Sequence record: AP012533
Strand: one strand, 5' to 3'
DNA length: 62,274 bases
DNA from: Stx2-converting phage Stx2a_F723
Shown: positions 18,249-28,456 of the stretch, in pieces
Position numbering within the stretch: the first letter of the stretch is position 1
Layout of the letters: the number at the start of each line of letters is the position of its first letter
Position numbers and translations under genes: made by a program
The notes under the pieces: model-generated
What the model was told of the DNA's origin: nothing
Database searches by the model: none
Seen by the model: only the letters and a program-made list of their open reading frames with translations

Positions 18249-18380
18249 GCAAATATCACTTCAATAAATCGCTTTTAAGGCATCACAATCGCTCTGTGGT
18301 GAGGTAAGCACGTGCAAGGTATACCGATAAGCAGCGAGAATGAAAAATGCGTCAGAATGCGTTTGAGGAGGTTTTAAGAA

Positions 18381-18596
18381 ATGAGTACGATAGCTGAGCT
18401 TGTCAGGGCTAATTTTCGTGAAGAGTTGGTGCGTTGGTATCGGTATCGTTCATCGTCCAGTTTGCCGCTTGATGAGTTGTATGAGCATTCACCTGCCGCA
18501 CGACGCTATCCGCGTGACCGTGTTCTTCGACGGTTGTTCAGACTCAATAATGAGTTTCAGCGCAACAGAATTATCCGGAGTCTGGATTTAAAGTGA
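18381..18596 (+). CDS. Hypothetical nin-region protein
   Basis: 71-aa ORF preceded by GAGGAGG SD. Confidence 0.5.
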   Translation: MSTIAELVRANFREELVRWYRYRSSSSLPLDELYEHSPAARRYPRDRVLRRLFRLNNEFQRNRIIRSLDLK

Positions 18597-18600
18597 AGGA

Positions 18601-18789
18601 GTGAGCATGAGCGAGCAAATATTCAGAGAGATTAAGCCACGGTTTTATCGCAAGGTAAGGGTGGTTTATCAGGACGAAAACAAGACATGTGCATACGCCA
18701 TTCATAATGGTCGGTGGTCAGTGTTCGACACCAAAAACTTCGAGAAGAACTTCGAGAGGATTAAGGGTGATGAGGAAACTAACATTTGA
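18601..18789 (+). CDS. Hypothetical small protein
   Basis: 62-aa ORF; 3' end overlaps ninB start. Confidence 0.35.
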   Translation: MSMSEQIFREIKPRFYRKVRVVYQDENKTCAYAIHNGRWSVFDTKNFEKNFERIKGDEETNI

Positions 18790-19186
18790 ACTAAGAAGCC
18801 CCATCCATCAGCAGAACGCCATTCAAGCTATCCAGCAAATTCTTCCAGACCCAACCAAACCAATCGTAGTAACCATTCAGGAACGCAACCGCAGCATTCG
18901 GCAAAATGCACGCCTTCACGCGATGCTATCTGAAATAAGTAAGAAGGCTACATATCACGGAAAAGCAAGAAATATTGAGTTTTGGAAGGGGTTATTCGTT
19001 TCTGGTTGGCAGATTGCAACCAACCAGCACCCTGAGATTATATCAGGGTTAGAAGGTGAGCTAATAAACATCAGAGAGAGTACGGCGACTCTATCTGTAA
19101 AAAAAATATCCGAAATAATGGACTACATAGAAGCATATTGTGCCATGAACTCAATTCATCTTAGCGAATGGAGGAATTATGATTGA
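18770..19186 (+). CDS. ninB: NinB recombination protein with altered C-terminus
   Basis: ATG at 18770 gives MRKLTFELRSPIHQQNAIQAIQQILPDPTKPIVVTIQERNRS...; ends ...SEWRNYD instead of the lambda-type ...KARWGDRAA. Confidence 0.8.
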   Translation: MRKLTFELRSPIHQQNAIQAIQQILPDPTKPIVVTIQERNRSIRQNARLHAMLSEISKKATYHGKARNIEFWKGLFVSGWQIATNQHPEIISGLEGELINIRESTATLSVKKISEIMDYIEAYCAMNSIHLSEWRNYD

Positions 19187-19781
19187 GGTTTGGGTAGATA
19201 TCGAAGGGATTCCATTTTATCAGGTTAGCAATAAAGGAAATTTCAGGTCTATTACGAGGGAAGTTACAGTAACATCAACCAGACAGAGGCCATATAAGAA
19301 AATAATTAATGGCACTAGTGTAAAACCATTCAAGTGCAAGTCGACAGGATATCTTCAAATAAAGGTATACGGTAAGAAATACAGCGCCCACAGGATAGTT
19401 GCGAAAGCATTCTGTACAGGGTTCTGTGATGGCTTGGTAGTTAATCACAAAAATGGGCGAAGAGATGACAATAGGGCTGATAACCTTGAATGGGTATCAC
19501 ATTCTGAAAACTCAAAACACGGATATAAACAAAATGGAAGAATACCTATATCGCTAGGTAAATTTAGTGGTGACCATCCTGCCAGTAAAGCTGTTATTTC
19601 TACTGACATGAAAACTGGGGAGGAGGTTTATTATGAAGCAGCTATGGATGCTGTCAGAGAAGGATTTGATAGTTCGTCAATTAGTCGTTGCTGTAATGGC
19701 GAAAGCTCATATCACAAAGGAAGATTCTGGCGATTTGCAAATGAAAAAATGAAAGCGCGATGGGGAGATCGGGCTGCATGA
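19179..19781 (+). CDS. HNH homing endonuclease carrying the original ninB C-terminal codons
   Basis: 200-aa ORF with HNH motif (VVNHKNGRRDDNRADNLEWVSHSEN); last residues KARWGDRAA match the lambda NinB C-terminus. Confidence 0.75.
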   Translation: MIEVWVDIEGIPFYQVSNKGNFRSITREVTVTSTRQRPYKKIINGTSVKPFKCKSTGYLQIKVYGKKYSAHRIVAKAFCTGFCDGLVVNHKNGRRDDNRADNLEWVSHSENSKHGYKQNGRIPISLGKFSGDHPASKAVISTDMKTGEEVYYEAAMDAVREGFDSSSISRCCNGESSYHKGRFWRFANEKMKARWGDRAA

Positions 19782-20305
19782 CTATCAAATCAAATACGCC
19801 AGCACACAACAAGGACTGCTGGCAAACGCCGCTTTGGCTTTTTGATGCACTGGATATTGAGTTTGGATTCTGGCTGGATTCAGCTGCGAGCGACAAAAAT
19901 GCTCTGTGCGCTCACTGGCTAACTGAGGTCGACGACGCGCTCAATTCTGAGTGGGTAAGCCACGGTGCAATCTGGAATAACCCACCGTACAGCAATATCA
20001 GGCCGTGGGTGGAAAAAGCCGCTGAGCAGTGCATACAACAGCGACAGACGGTAGTTATGCTTGTGCCAGAGGATATGTCAGTCGGATGGTTCAGCAAGGC
20101 TCTGGAGAGTGTTGACGAAGTTCGCATTATCACTGATGGACGGATTAATTTTATCGAACCATCGACGGGGCTGGAGAAGAAGGGAAACAGTAAAGGCTCC
20201 ATGCTGCTGATTTGGCGACCGTTCATCAGTCCTCGACGGATGTTTACTACCGTATCCAAAGCGGCATTGATGGCGATCGGGCAGGGCGTCAGGAGGGCGG
20301 CATGA
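19778..20305 (+). CDS. Phage Dam-like N6-adenine DNA methyltransferase
   Basis: ATG at 19778 ([18 protein letters not shown]...); NPPY catalytic motif ([12 protein letters not shown]); start overlaps the HNH stop. Confidence 0.75.
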   Translation: MTIKSNTPAHNKDCWQTPLWLFDALDIEFGFWLDSAASDKNALCAHWLTEVDDALNSEWVSHGAIWNNPPYSNIRPWVEKAAEQCIQQRQTVVMLVPEDMSVGWFSKALESVDEVRIITDGRINFIEPSTGLEKKGNSKGSMLLIWRPFISPRRMFTTVSKAALMAIGQGVRRAA

Positions 20306-20496
20306 GGCGACAGCGACGAAGTATCACCGACATCATCTGCGAAAACTGCAAATACCTTCCAACGAAACGCTCCAGAAATAAACGCAAGCCAATCCCAAAA
20401 GAATCTGACGTAAAAACCTTCAATTACACGGCTCACCTGTGGGATATCCGGTGGCTAAGACATCGTGCGAGGAATACAAGGGGATTGACGCGATGA
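20302..20496 (+). CDS. ninE: NinE
   Basis: ATG at 20302 gives [52 protein letters not shown]..., matching lambda NinE. Confidence 0.8.
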   Translation: MRRQRRSITDIICENCKYLPTKRSRNKRKPIPKESDVKTFNYTAHLWDIRWLRHRARNTRGLTR

Positions 20497-20574
20497 TTTA
20501 TCCGGGGCTATATTCCTCACACGCCAGCAAAATCTGGCGTCGGGATTGGCGTCCCGGATGAAAAAGGCGACAAC

Positions 20575-20596
20575 AGACGCGCCAGCGTCTTTTTTA
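20575..20596 (+). terminator. Rho-independent terminator
   Basis: AGACGC-GCCA-GCGTCT hairpin followed by TTTTTT. Confidence 0.5.
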
Positions 20597-20752
20597 TTGT
20601 CGTTTGCACAGTCACATCTCAATGGTGGGCTGTGTGGGGGCGGAGCAATCCGCGCCGGTTCCTTTTTCCCGGTTACGCCAACCCTGCACAGTTCACCACC
20701 AAGCGATTGGCGTCGCAGGTGGTGATGATTCACAAAGAAAAAGGATCATCTT

Positions 20753-21427
20753 ATGGCCACCAAAATCGCAGTTGAAACTCTTTCCCCGATTACCCACAAC
20801 CAGATCCCTGTCATAACCACCGAGCTATTGGCGCATCTTTATGGAACGGATGTTGCCAACATAAAAATGAATCATTCACGTAATCAAACTCGTTTTCTGG
20901 AAGGGAAGCATTATTTCAAAATCGTTGGCGATGATCTGAAAAATTTGCGAGTAACTTTTAGTTACCTGCAAATTTCCCCCAAAACCCGCTCCCTCATCCT
21001 CTGGACTGAACGCGGCGCTGCCCGTCACGCCAAAATGCTCGAAACCGATCAGGCGTGGGAAGTGTTCGAAAAACTGGAAGACTGCTATTTCAGCCAGTGC
21101 AAGAAAAATACTGGCAAACAAGAGAAGAAGCCCAACGGGCTTTCCGCAAAAGAAACAGACAGCCTTGTTTGGCTGTGGGATTATGCCAACCGCTCACAGG
21201 CATTGTTCCGTGAGTTGTATCCCGCATTAAAACTGATTCAGTCTGGCTATTCCGGCATATGCCACGACTACGGCTATGAGTTCTCGTATATCATCGGGAG
21301 GGCGAGGGGCGTTTTAATTAATCACACGCGGGATATAGATATTTATGAGCCTGACGGGCCGACGAACCTTCTGGCATGGGAAAGGCTTAAGAACAAAGAG
21401 TTGCCGCCTTCACTGCATCGCTACTGA
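20753..21427 (+). CDS. roi: Roi-like DNA-binding protein
   Basis: 224-aa ORF in nin region resembling HK022/933W Roi as recalled. Confidence 0.55.
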   Translation: MATKIAVETLSPITHNQIPVITTELLAHLYGTDVANIKMNHSRNQTRFLEGKHYFKIVGDDLKNLRVTFSYLQISPKTRSLILWTERGAARHAKMLETDQAWEVFEKLEDCYFSQCKKNTGKQEKKPNGLSAKETDSLVWLWDYANRSQALFRELYPALKLIQSGYSGICHDYGYEFSYIIGRARGVLINHTRDIDIYEPDGPTNLLAWERLKNKELPPSLHRY

Positions 21428-21445
21428 CAATTGACAACTTAACAA

Positions 21446-21468
21446 ACCCAGCTTCGGCTGGGTTTTTT
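21446..21468 (+). terminator. Rho-independent terminator downstream of roi
   Basis: ACCCAGC-TTCG-GCTGGGT hairpin followed by TTTTTT. Confidence 0.6.
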
Positions 21469-21495
21469 ATTGCTGAATTTTCAATGTGAGAGGAC

Positions 21496-21903
21496 ATGAC
21501 AATGCTTTTAATTCAACCTGGATTTGGCCTTAGCATCAAAAAAGGGCACATGTTTGGCGAGAAAGAGTCTCAACGAAAAATGGTGTCTATCCGGTTGCCA
21601 TTTATCAGTATTTATTGGCTAAACAGGGAGGCAACAAATTATTGGTATACCTGCGCCAGAGCAGCATTTAACGACCCTGACTGGTTTGTGAAAAACCACC
21701 ACGCAGTTCGTCAGGCAAAGAGAAAGGCCAACATGACATACATGAAGGCGTATAAAAAAGCATGGAAAGAACACCGCGACCGATACCAGCAAGACATGGA
21801 AAAGCTTGAATCAGAAAACATGGAATTAAGACGAAAGCTCGGTGAAGCAAAACGAGACATTGATGCTTACAAGCGACTTTTTAATGGTGAAAGCCATGCT
21901 TAG
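21496..21903 (+). CDS. Hypothetical protein
   Basis: 135-aa ORF (start uncertain) with coiled-coil-like C-terminus; ends at ninF start. Confidence 0.35.
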   Translation: MTMLLIQPGFGLSIKKGHMFGEKESQRKMVSIRLPFISIYWLNREATNYWYTCARAAFNDPDWFVKNHHAVRQAKRKANMTYMKAYKKAWKEHRDRYQQDMEKLESENMELRRKLGEAKRDIDAYKRLFNGESHA

Positions 21904-22072
21904 TCCATCCCAATCCCTTCAATACCAGAAAGAAAGCGTCGAGCGGGCTTTAACGTGCGCTAACTGCGGTCAGAAGCTGCATGTGCTGGAAGTTCACGTG
22001 TGCTCCGATTGCTGCGCAGAACTGATGAGCGATCCGAATAGCTCAATGTACGAGGAAGAAGACGATGAGTGA
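21896..22072 (+). CDS. ninF: NinF
   Basis: ATG at 21896 gives MLSPSQSLQYQKESVERALTCANCGQKLHVLEVHVCSDCCAELMSDPNSSM..., matching lambda NinF. Confidence 0.8.
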   Translation: MLSPSQSLQYQKESVERALTCANCGQKLHVLEVHVCSDCCAELMSDPNSSMYEEEDDE

Positions 22073-22787
22073 GTTAATAAATGGCAATGCCATCAAAATG
22101 ACAAGCATTGAAATCGCTGAGTTGGTGGGTAAGCGTCATGACAATGTGAAACGTACCATCGAAACGCTGGCTAAAAATGGTGTTATCCGGCTTCCTCAAA
22201 TTGAGGTTTCCGAAAGAATCAATAACTTAGGGTTCAATGTTCAGTACGAGCATTACGTCTTCGAAGGCGAACAAGGAAAGCGAGACAGTATTGTCGTTGT
22301 AGCCCAGCTGTCGCCGGAATTCACCGCTCGCCTTGTTGACCGCTGGCGAGAGCTTGAAGAAGCTGCGGTTAATATCCCCAAAACGCTACCAGAAGCGTTG
22401 CGCCTTGCTGCTGATCTTGCTGAGCAGAAAATGCAACTGGAAAACCAGCTCGCAATTGCCGCACCTAAAGTTGAGTTTGCCGATCGCGTTGGCGAGGCCA
22501 GCGGAATTTTGATTGGAAACTTTGCAAAGGTTGTTGGTATTGGTCCAAACAAACTGTTTGCGTGGATGCGCGATCACAAAATCCTTATTGCTTCAGGTGC
22601 CCGGCGCAATGTGCCAATGCAGGAATATATGGATCGCGGCTATTTCACAGTGAAAGAAACAGCGGTCAATACAAATCACGGAATACAGATATCGTTCACC
22701 ACAAAAATCACCGGGCGTGGTCAACAGTGGCTGACAAGAAAGCTGCTAGATAACGGAATGCTTAAAGTAACAGGGGAGGCTGCTTAA
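22065..22787 (+). CDS. Rha-family phage regulatory/antirepressor-like protein
   Basis: 240-aa ORF; N-terminal region resembles Rha (pRha) domain proteins. Confidence 0.55.
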   Translation: MSELINGNAIKMTSIEIAELVGKRHDNVKRTIETLAKNGVIRLPQIEVSERINNLGFNVQYEHYVFEGEQGKRDSIVVVAQLSPEFTARLVDRWRELEEAAVNIPKTLPEALRLAADLAEQKMQLENQLAIAAPKVEFADRVGEASGILIGNFAKVVGIGPNKLFAWMRDHKILIASGARRNVPMQEYMDRGYFTVKETAVNTNHGIQISFTTKITGRGQQWLTRKLLDNGMLKVTGEAA

Positions 22788-23392
22788 TGGCTAAACCAGC
22801 GCGAAGGAAATGCAAAATCTGTAAGGAATGGTTTCACCCGGCATTCTCAAATCAGTGGTGGTGCTGCCCGGAACACGGAACTCAATTAGCACTCGAACGA
22901 CGAAGTAAAGAACGCGAAAAAGCGGAAAAAGCAGCAGAGAAGAAACGACGACGAGAGGAGCAGAAACAGAAAGATAAACTGAAGATTCGAAAACTCGCCT
23001 TAAAGCCCCGCAGTTACTGGATTAAACAAGCCCAACAAGCCGTAAACGCCTTCATCAGAGAAAGAGACCGCGACTTACCATGTATCTCGTGCGGAACGCT
23101 CACGTCTGCTCAGTGGGATGCCGGACATTACCGGACAACTGCTGCGACACCTCAACTCCGATTTGATGAACGCAATATTCACAAGCAATGCGTGGTGTGC
23201 AACCAGCACAAAAGCGGAAATCTCGTTCCGTATCGCGTCGAACTGATTAACCGCATCGGGCAGGAAGCAGTAGACGAAATCGAATCGAACCATAACCGCC
23301 ATCGCTGGACTGTCGAAGAATGCAGGGCGATCAAGGCGAAGTATCAGCAGAAACTTAAAGACCTGCGAAACAGCAGAAGTGAGGCCGCATGA
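22787..23392 (+). CDS. ninG: NinG (Rap) recombination protein
   Basis: 201-aa ORF with Cys-rich N-terminus and basic repeat region, matching lambda NinG as recalled. Confidence 0.85.
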   Translation: MAKPARRKCKICKEWFHPAFSNQWWCCPEHGTQLALERRSKEREKAEKAAEKKRRREEQKQKDKLKIRKLALKPRSYWIKQAQQAVNAFIRERDRDLPCISCGTLTSAQWDAGHYRTTAATPQLRFDERNIHKQCVVCNQHKSGNLVPYRVELINRIGQEAVDEIESNHNRHRWTVEECRAIKAKYQQKLKDLRNSRSEAA

Positions 23393-23583
23393 CGTTCACA
23401 GTAAAAACCATTCCTGACATGCTCGTTGAGGCATATGAAAATCAGACCGAGGTAGCCAGAATACTGAACTGTAGTCGCAACACGGTCAGAAAATACACTG
23501 GCGATAAAGAAGGGAAAAGACACGCTATCGTCAACGGTGTTCTTATGGTTCACCGCGGATGGGGTAAAGATACTGATGCGTGA
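23389..23583 (+). CDS. ninH: NinH
   Basis: 64-aa [39 protein letters not shown]..., matching lambda NinH. Confidence 0.8.
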   Translation: MTFTVKTIPDMLVEAYENQTEVARILNCSRNTVRKYTGDKEGKRHAIVNGVLMVHRGWGKDTDA

Positions 23584-24010
23584 TATCCGGCAGGTTCTTG
23601 AGCGCTGGGGGGCATGGGCGGCAAATAACTATGAGGATGTTACATGGTCGCCCATTGCTGCCGGATTTAAGGGACTGATCCCCGAAAAAGTAAAATCACG
23701 TCCACAGTGCTGTGACGATGATGCGATGGTGATATGCGGGTGCATAGCCCGCCTTTACCGGAACAATCGCGATCTGCATGACTTGCTGGTTGATTATTAC
23801 GTGTTGGGGGAGACGTTCATGGCGTTGGCACGGAAACATGGGTGCTCTGACACCTGTATAGGTAAACGCCTTCACAAAGCGGAGGGGATTGTTGAAGGCA
23901 TGCTGATGATGCTGGGAGTGAGGCTTGAGATGGATCGGTATGTTGAGCGTGAATTGCCGGGAGGGAGAACCTCTGTATTTTATCAGCGAAAAAATAGTTT
24001 ACGATCGTAA
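23576..24010 (+). CDS. Q: Late antiterminator Q
   Basis: ATG at 23576 ([21 protein letters not shown]...); last nin-region gene before the tRNA/stx late region. Confidence 0.75.
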   Translation: MRDIRQVLERWGAWAANNYEDVTWSPIAAGFKGLIPEKVKSRPQCCDDDAMVICGCIARLYRNNRDLHDLLVDYYVLGETFMALARKHGCSDTCIGKRLHKAEGIVEGMLMMLGVRLEMDRYVERELPGGRTSVFYQRKNSLRS

Positions 24011-24055
24011 AAATCTGCATATCATGATAAGAGTGGTTACATTGCCACGCAGTCG

Positions 24056-24080
24056 AACCCGCCGATGCGCGGGTTTTTTT
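24056..24080 (+). terminator. Rho-independent terminator immediately downstream of Q
   Basis: AACCCGC-loop-GCGGGTT hairpin followed by seven T. Confidence 0.65.
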
Positions 24081-24260
24081 GTACCCCGAATCCTGTGAGC
24101 TATACGGAAAGTACACAGAAAGGAAGGTGCGACCGTAATTAATAACAAAATCTTAAAAATCGCATATAGCACTATTAGTTTTCTAAATATTGTATATTTT
24201 AAGTATTGCAGGATAACCCTGTAACGAAGTTTGCGTAACAGCATTTTGCTCTACGAGTTT

Positions 24261-24290
24261 GCCAGCCTCCCCCAGTGGCTGGCTTTTTTA
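24261..24290 (+). terminator. Rho-independent terminator (candidate tR')
   Basis: GCCAGCC-TCCCCCAGT-GGCTGGC hairpin followed by TTTTTT, downstream of an AT-rich promoter-like stretch (24100-24215). Confidence 0.65.
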
Positions 24291-24294
24291 TGTC

Positions 24295-24411
24295 CGTAGC
24301 GTCAAAGCAGCAATGGCGCTAGGGCGTCGTGCAATTGGCGTTGAGCTGGAGAGCGGGCGTTTTGAGCAGACGGTCAGGGAAGTTCAGAATGTAGTCAGTC
24401 AGAACGGATGA
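24295..24411 (+). pseudogene. Remnant of a DNA methyltransferase 3' end
   Basis: No start codon; reading frame ...MALGRRAIGVELESGRFEQTV... resembles the C-terminal end of N6/N4 DNA methylases. Confidence 0.3.
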
Positions 24412-24451
24412 TATTGCAGAATTAGTTACGTACCGTTATTATCCTGCGCCC

Positions 24452-24527
24452 GGCCCTTTAGCTCAGTGGTGAGAGCGAGCGACTCATAATCGCCAGGTCG
24501 CTGGTTCAAATCCAGCAAGGGCCACCA
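24452..24527 (+). tRNA. tRNA with CAU anticodon (Ile2/Met type)
   Basis: Cloverleaf with GGCCCTT/AAGGGCC acceptor stem, GCTC/GAGC D-stem, anticodon CAT at 24485-24487, encoded CCA. Confidence 0.85.
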
Positions 24528-24534
24528 TCACATA

Positions 24535-24611
24535 CCGCCATTAGCTCATCGGGATAGAGCGCCAGCCTTCGAAGCTGGCTGCGCGGGGTTCGAGTCCTCG
24601 ATGGCGGTCCA
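24535..24611 (+). tRNA. tRNA-Arg (anticodon UCG)
   Basis: Acceptor CCGCCAT/ATGGCGG, anticodon loop CTTCGAA (TCG at 24569-24571), encoded CCA. Confidence 0.8.
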
Positions 24612-24624
24612 TTATCTGCATTAT

Positions 24625-24701
24625 GCGTTGTTAGCTCAGCCGGACAGAGCAATTGCCTTCTGAGCAATCGGTCACTGGTTCGAATCCAGTACAACGCGCC
24701 A
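24625..24701 (+). tRNA. tRNA-Arg (anticodon UCU)
   Basis: Acceptor GCGTTGT/ACAACGC, anticodon loop CTTCTGA (TCT at 24659-24661), encoded CCA. Confidence 0.8.
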
Positions 24702-24714
24702 TATTTATTTACCA

Positions 24715-24738
24715 GGCTCGCTTTTGCGGGCCTTTTTT
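24715..24738 (+). terminator. Terminator-like hairpin between tRNA cluster and stx2A
   Basis: GGCTCGC-TTTT-GCGGGCC hairpin (one G-U pair) followed by TTTTTT, 54 bp upstream of the stxA start. Confidence 0.55.
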
Positions 24739-24791
24739 ATATCTGCGCCGGGTCTGGTGCTGATTACTTCAGCCAAAAGGAACACCTGTAT

Positions 24792-25751
24792 ATGAAGTGT
24801 ATATTATTTAAATGGGTACTGTGCCTGTTACTGGGTTTTTCTTCGGTATCCTATTCCCGGGAGTTTACGATAGACTTTTCGACCCAACAAAGTTATGTCT
24901 CTTCGTTAAATAGTATACGAACAGAGATATCGACCCCTCTTGAACATATATCTCAGGGGACCACATCGGTGTCTGTTATTAACCACACCCCACCGGGCAG
25001 TTATTTTGCTGTGGATATACGAGGGCTTGATGTCTATCAGGCGCGTTTTGACCATCTTCGTCTGATTATTGAGCAAAATAATTTATATGTGGCCGGGTTC
25101 GTTAATACGGCAACAAATACTTTCTACCGTTTTTCAGATTTTACACATATATCAGTGCCCGGTGTGACAACGGTTTCCATGACAACGGACAGCAGTTATA
25201 CCACTCTGCAACGTGTCGCAGCGCTGGAACGTTCCGGAATGCAAATCAGTCGTCACTCACTGGTTTCATCATATCTGGCGTTAATGGAGTTCAGTGGTAA
25301 TACAATGACCAGAGATGCATCCAGAGCAGTTCTGCGTTTTGTCACTGTCACAGCAGAAGCCTTACGCTTCAGGCAGATACAGAGAGAATTTCGTCAGGCA
25401 CTGTCTGAAACTGCTCCTGTGTATACGATGACGCCGGGAGACGTGGACCTCACTCTGAACTGGGGGCGAATCAGCAATGTGCTTCCGGAGTATCGGGGAG
25501 AGGATGGTGTCAGAGTGGGGAGAATATCCTTTAATAATATATCAGCGATACTGGGGACTGTGGCCGTTATACTGAATTGCCATCATCAGGGGGCGCGTTC
25601 TGTTCGCGCCGTGAATGAAGAGAGTCAACCAGAATGTCAGATAACTGGCGACAGGCCTGTTATAAAAATAAACAATACATTATGGGAAAGTAATACAGCT
25701 GCAGCGTTTCTGAACAGAAAGTCACAGTTTTTATATACAACGGGTAAATAA
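24792..25751 (+). CDS. stx2A: Shiga toxin 2 A subunit (rRNA N-glycosidase)
   Basis: 319-aa ORF with signal peptide; sequence recognised as Stx2 A subunit (…[33 protein letters not shown]…). Confidence 0.95.
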
Positions 25752-25762
25752 AGGAGTTAAGC

Positions 25763-26032
25763 ATGAAGAAGATGTTTATGGCGGTTCTATTTGCATTAGC
25801 TTCTGTTAATGCAATGGCGGCGGATTGTGCTAAAGGTAAAATTGAGTTTTCCAAGTATAATGAGGATGACACATTTACAGTGAAGGTTGACGGGAAAGAA
25901 TACTGGACCAGTCGCTGGAATCTGCAACCGTTACTGCAAAGTGCTCAGTTGACAGGAATGACTGTCACAATCAAATCCAGTACCTGTGAATCAGGCTCCG
26001 GATTTGCTGAAGTGCAGTTTAATAATGACTGA
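25763..26032 (+). CDS. stx2B: Shiga toxin 2 B subunit
   Basis: 89-aa [92 protein letters not shown]; 11 bp after stxA. Confidence 0.95.
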
Positions 26033-26280
26033 GGCATAACCTGATTCGTGGTATGTGGGTAACAAGTGTAATCTGTGTCACAATTCAGTCAGTTGACAGT
26101 TGCCTGTCAGACTGAGCATTTGTTAAAAAAATTTCGCATGGTGAATCCCCCTGTGTGGAGGGGCGACTGGTGAAAAATCCTTGCTTGTGATTCATTATCG
26201 ACACGGGTTCGGTGGTACCAGGCCGAACTCACCGGGAGGCACCCGGCACCATGCAGTATACAGAGATTAGGCATATACCA

Positions 26281-26307
26281 AGGCCTCTCATAGCAGGGGC
26301 CTTTTTA
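26281..26307 (+). terminator. Rho-independent terminator downstream of stx2AB
   Basis: AGGCCTC-TCATAGCA-GGGGCCT hairpin followed by TTTTT; a second oppositely oriented hairpin follows at about 26312-26336. Confidence 0.6.
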
Positions 26308-26518
26308 CATGTAAAAAAGCCCGAGTGGGTTCGGGCAATTGCATGAGATACTCGTTTTAATAATCGAAATCATTTTAACCAGGATTCATAAGGCTGCGCA
26401 ACTGCGCGACCTTTTTCGAATTGCGGGCTGTAGTCTCCCTTCTGCCATTGTCCTGTAACTTCCGGACTTCAGCCCGCTCCTTATTTTACTCACAATATTA
26501 TCCCGGCCGGGAGGATTC

Positions 26519-28456
26519 ATGGCATTTAAACACTATGATGTTGTCAGGGCGGCGTCGCCGTCAGACCTTGCGAAACGAATAACTCAAAAACTGAAGGAAG
26601 GGTGGCAGCCTTATGGTAGTGCGCTGATTTCGACAGCTGGTTATGGTGCGGAGTTCATCCAGCCAGTTGTGAGTGAGGGGAGCATCTCATCACCAGAGGA
26701 GCCAGGCAACCGTCCGACGACCTCAGCGCCTTCTGTTGCGCCAGAATATTACTATGTGATCGCGCTTGCTGGTCAGTCCAATGGTATGTCATACGGTGAG
26801 GGACTGCCATTGCCGGATACATTCGACAGCCCTGATCCACGTATTAAACAGTTAGCGCGTCGCAGTACGGTGACACCGGGCGGTGCAGTATGCAAATATA
26901 ACGACATCATTCCGGCGGACCATTGTCTGCATGATGTGCAGGACATGAGCCGTCTTAACCATCCGAAAGCGGACCTGTCAAAGGGGCAGTACGGAACCGT
27001 GGGGCAGGGGCTGCATATCGCCAAAAAACTGCTGCCGTTTATACCGGCGAATGCGGGCATTCTGCTGGTTCCGTGCTGTCGTGGTGGTTCAGCGTTCACC
27101 ACCGGAGCCGATGGCACATACAGTGACGCGAGTGGTGCCTCGGAGAATTCAACCCGCTGGGGTGTGGACAAGCCGCTGTATAAGGACCTTATCGGTCGAA
27201 CAAAAGCAGCACTGAAGAAGAATCCGAAAAATGTGCTGTTTGCCGTGGTGTGGATGCAGGGGGAATTTGATTTTGGCGGTACGCCGGTAAATCACGCCGC
27301 ACAGTTTGGTGCGCTGGTTGATAAATTCCGTGCAGACCTGGCGGATATGGCAGGCCAGTGCGTCGGTGGCTCTGCTGGCGGTGTTCCCTGGATATGCGGG
27401 GACACGACGTATTTCTGGAAGCAGAAGAACGAATCCACGTACCAGACGGTGTATGGCAGCTATAAAAACAAAACGGAAAAGAATATCCATTTCGTACCGT
27501 TCATGACGGATGAGAACGGGGTGAATGTGCCGACGAACAAACCGGAAGAAGACCCGGACATTCCGGGTATCGGATATTACGGTTCGAAATGGCGTGACAG
27601 CTCAGCCACCTGGACGTCACAGGACAGGGCGAGCCATTTCAGTTCATGGGCTCGCCGCGGGATTATTTCCGACCGTCTGGCAACGGCGATTTTGCGCCAT
27701 GCGGGAAGAGTGGCGCTAAACGCGGGGGCATCATCGACAGTATCAGAGGTGCGCCCGTCATCGCCTTCCGGTGCAGAAGCCACAGGCGTCACAACACTGC
27801 TCTCTTACCTTGCCAGCGAGTCAGAGGGAAGCCTGAAAGTACAGGGATGGTCAGCCAGTGGCGGCAGGGCAGAAGTGGTCAGCGATGCGGAGGGAACCGG
27901 AGGTAAGGCAGTGAAGCTGACCAAGGAAGCCGGTAAAAGCAGCTGGGTGCTGGAGTACGCCGCGGGCAACGGTGCGGCTCTGTTACAGAAAGGGGGGCAG
28001 ATTCGCTGCCGCTTTAAGGTTTCGGGAGCGCTGGCTGCGAACCAGTATGTTATGGCGTTTTACTGGCCGGTATCTTCACTGCCACAGGGCGTTGCCCTGA
28101 CCGGAGACGGGGGGAATAACCTGCTGGCAGCGTTCTACATCCAGACAGATGCAAAAGACCTGAATGTGATGTACCACAATGCGAAAGTGGCGACAAACAA
28201 CCTGAAACTGGGAACCTTTGGCGCATTTGATAACGAATGGCATACGCTGGCTTTCCGCTTTGCCGGGAATAACAGCCTGCAGGTGACGCCGGTTATTGAT
28301 GGTCAGGATGGCACACCGTTCACGCTGACGCAGTCACCGGTCAGTGCCTTTGCGGCGGATAAACTGCATGTGACAGACATTACCAGAGGTGCGACTTACC
28401 CGGTACTGATAGACAGCATTGCGGTGGAAGTGAACAGCACAGACACTGCGGCATGA
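26519..28456 (+). CDS. nanS-p: NanS-p-like sialate O-acetylesterase (SGNH/SASA domain)
   Basis: 645-aa ORF directly downstream of stx2; GQSNG-type esterase motif (IALAGQSNGMSYGEG); matches the esterase gene known at this position in EHEC Stx prophages. Confidence 0.7.
   Translation: MAFKHYDVVRAASPSDLAKRITQKLKEGWQPYGSALISTAGYGAEFIQPVVSEGSISSPEEPGNRPTTSAPSVAPEYYYVIALAGQSNGMSYGEGLPLPDTFDSPDPRIKQLARRSTVTPGGAVCKYNDIIPADHCLHDVQDMSRLNHPKADLSKGQYGTVGQGLHIAKKLLPFIPANAGILLVPCCRGGSAFTTGADGTYSDASGASENSTRWGVDKPLYKDLIGRTKAALKKNPKNVLFAVVWMQGEFDFGGTPVNHAAQFGALVDKFRADLADMAGQCVGGSAGGVPWICGDTTYFWKQKNESTYQTVYGSYKNKTEKNIHFVPFMTDENGVNVPTNKPEEDPDIPGIGYYGSKWRDSSATWTSQDRASHFSSWARRGIISDRLATAILRHAGRVALNAGASSTVSEVRPSSPSGAEATGVTTLLSYLASESEGSLKVQGWSASGGRAEVVSDAEGTGGKAVKLTKEAGKSSWVLEYAAGNGAALLQKGGQIRCRFKVSGALAANQYVMAFYWPVSSLPQGVALTGDGGNNLLAAFYIQTDAKDLNVMYHNAKVATNNLKLGTFGAFDNEWHTLAFRFAGNNSLQVTPVIDGQDGTPFTLTQSPVSAFAADKLHVTDITRGATYPVLIDSIAVEVNSTDTAA

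Noticed and set aside
20497-20752. Small ORFs (22 and ~55 codons) in the ninE-roi spacer
   Set aside because: Weak start contexts and overlap with a terminator hairpin; more likely non-coding or a gene remnant.
24506-24694. 62-aa minus-strand ORF
   Set aside because: Entirely overlaps the three tRNA genes; the tRNA structures explain the sequence.
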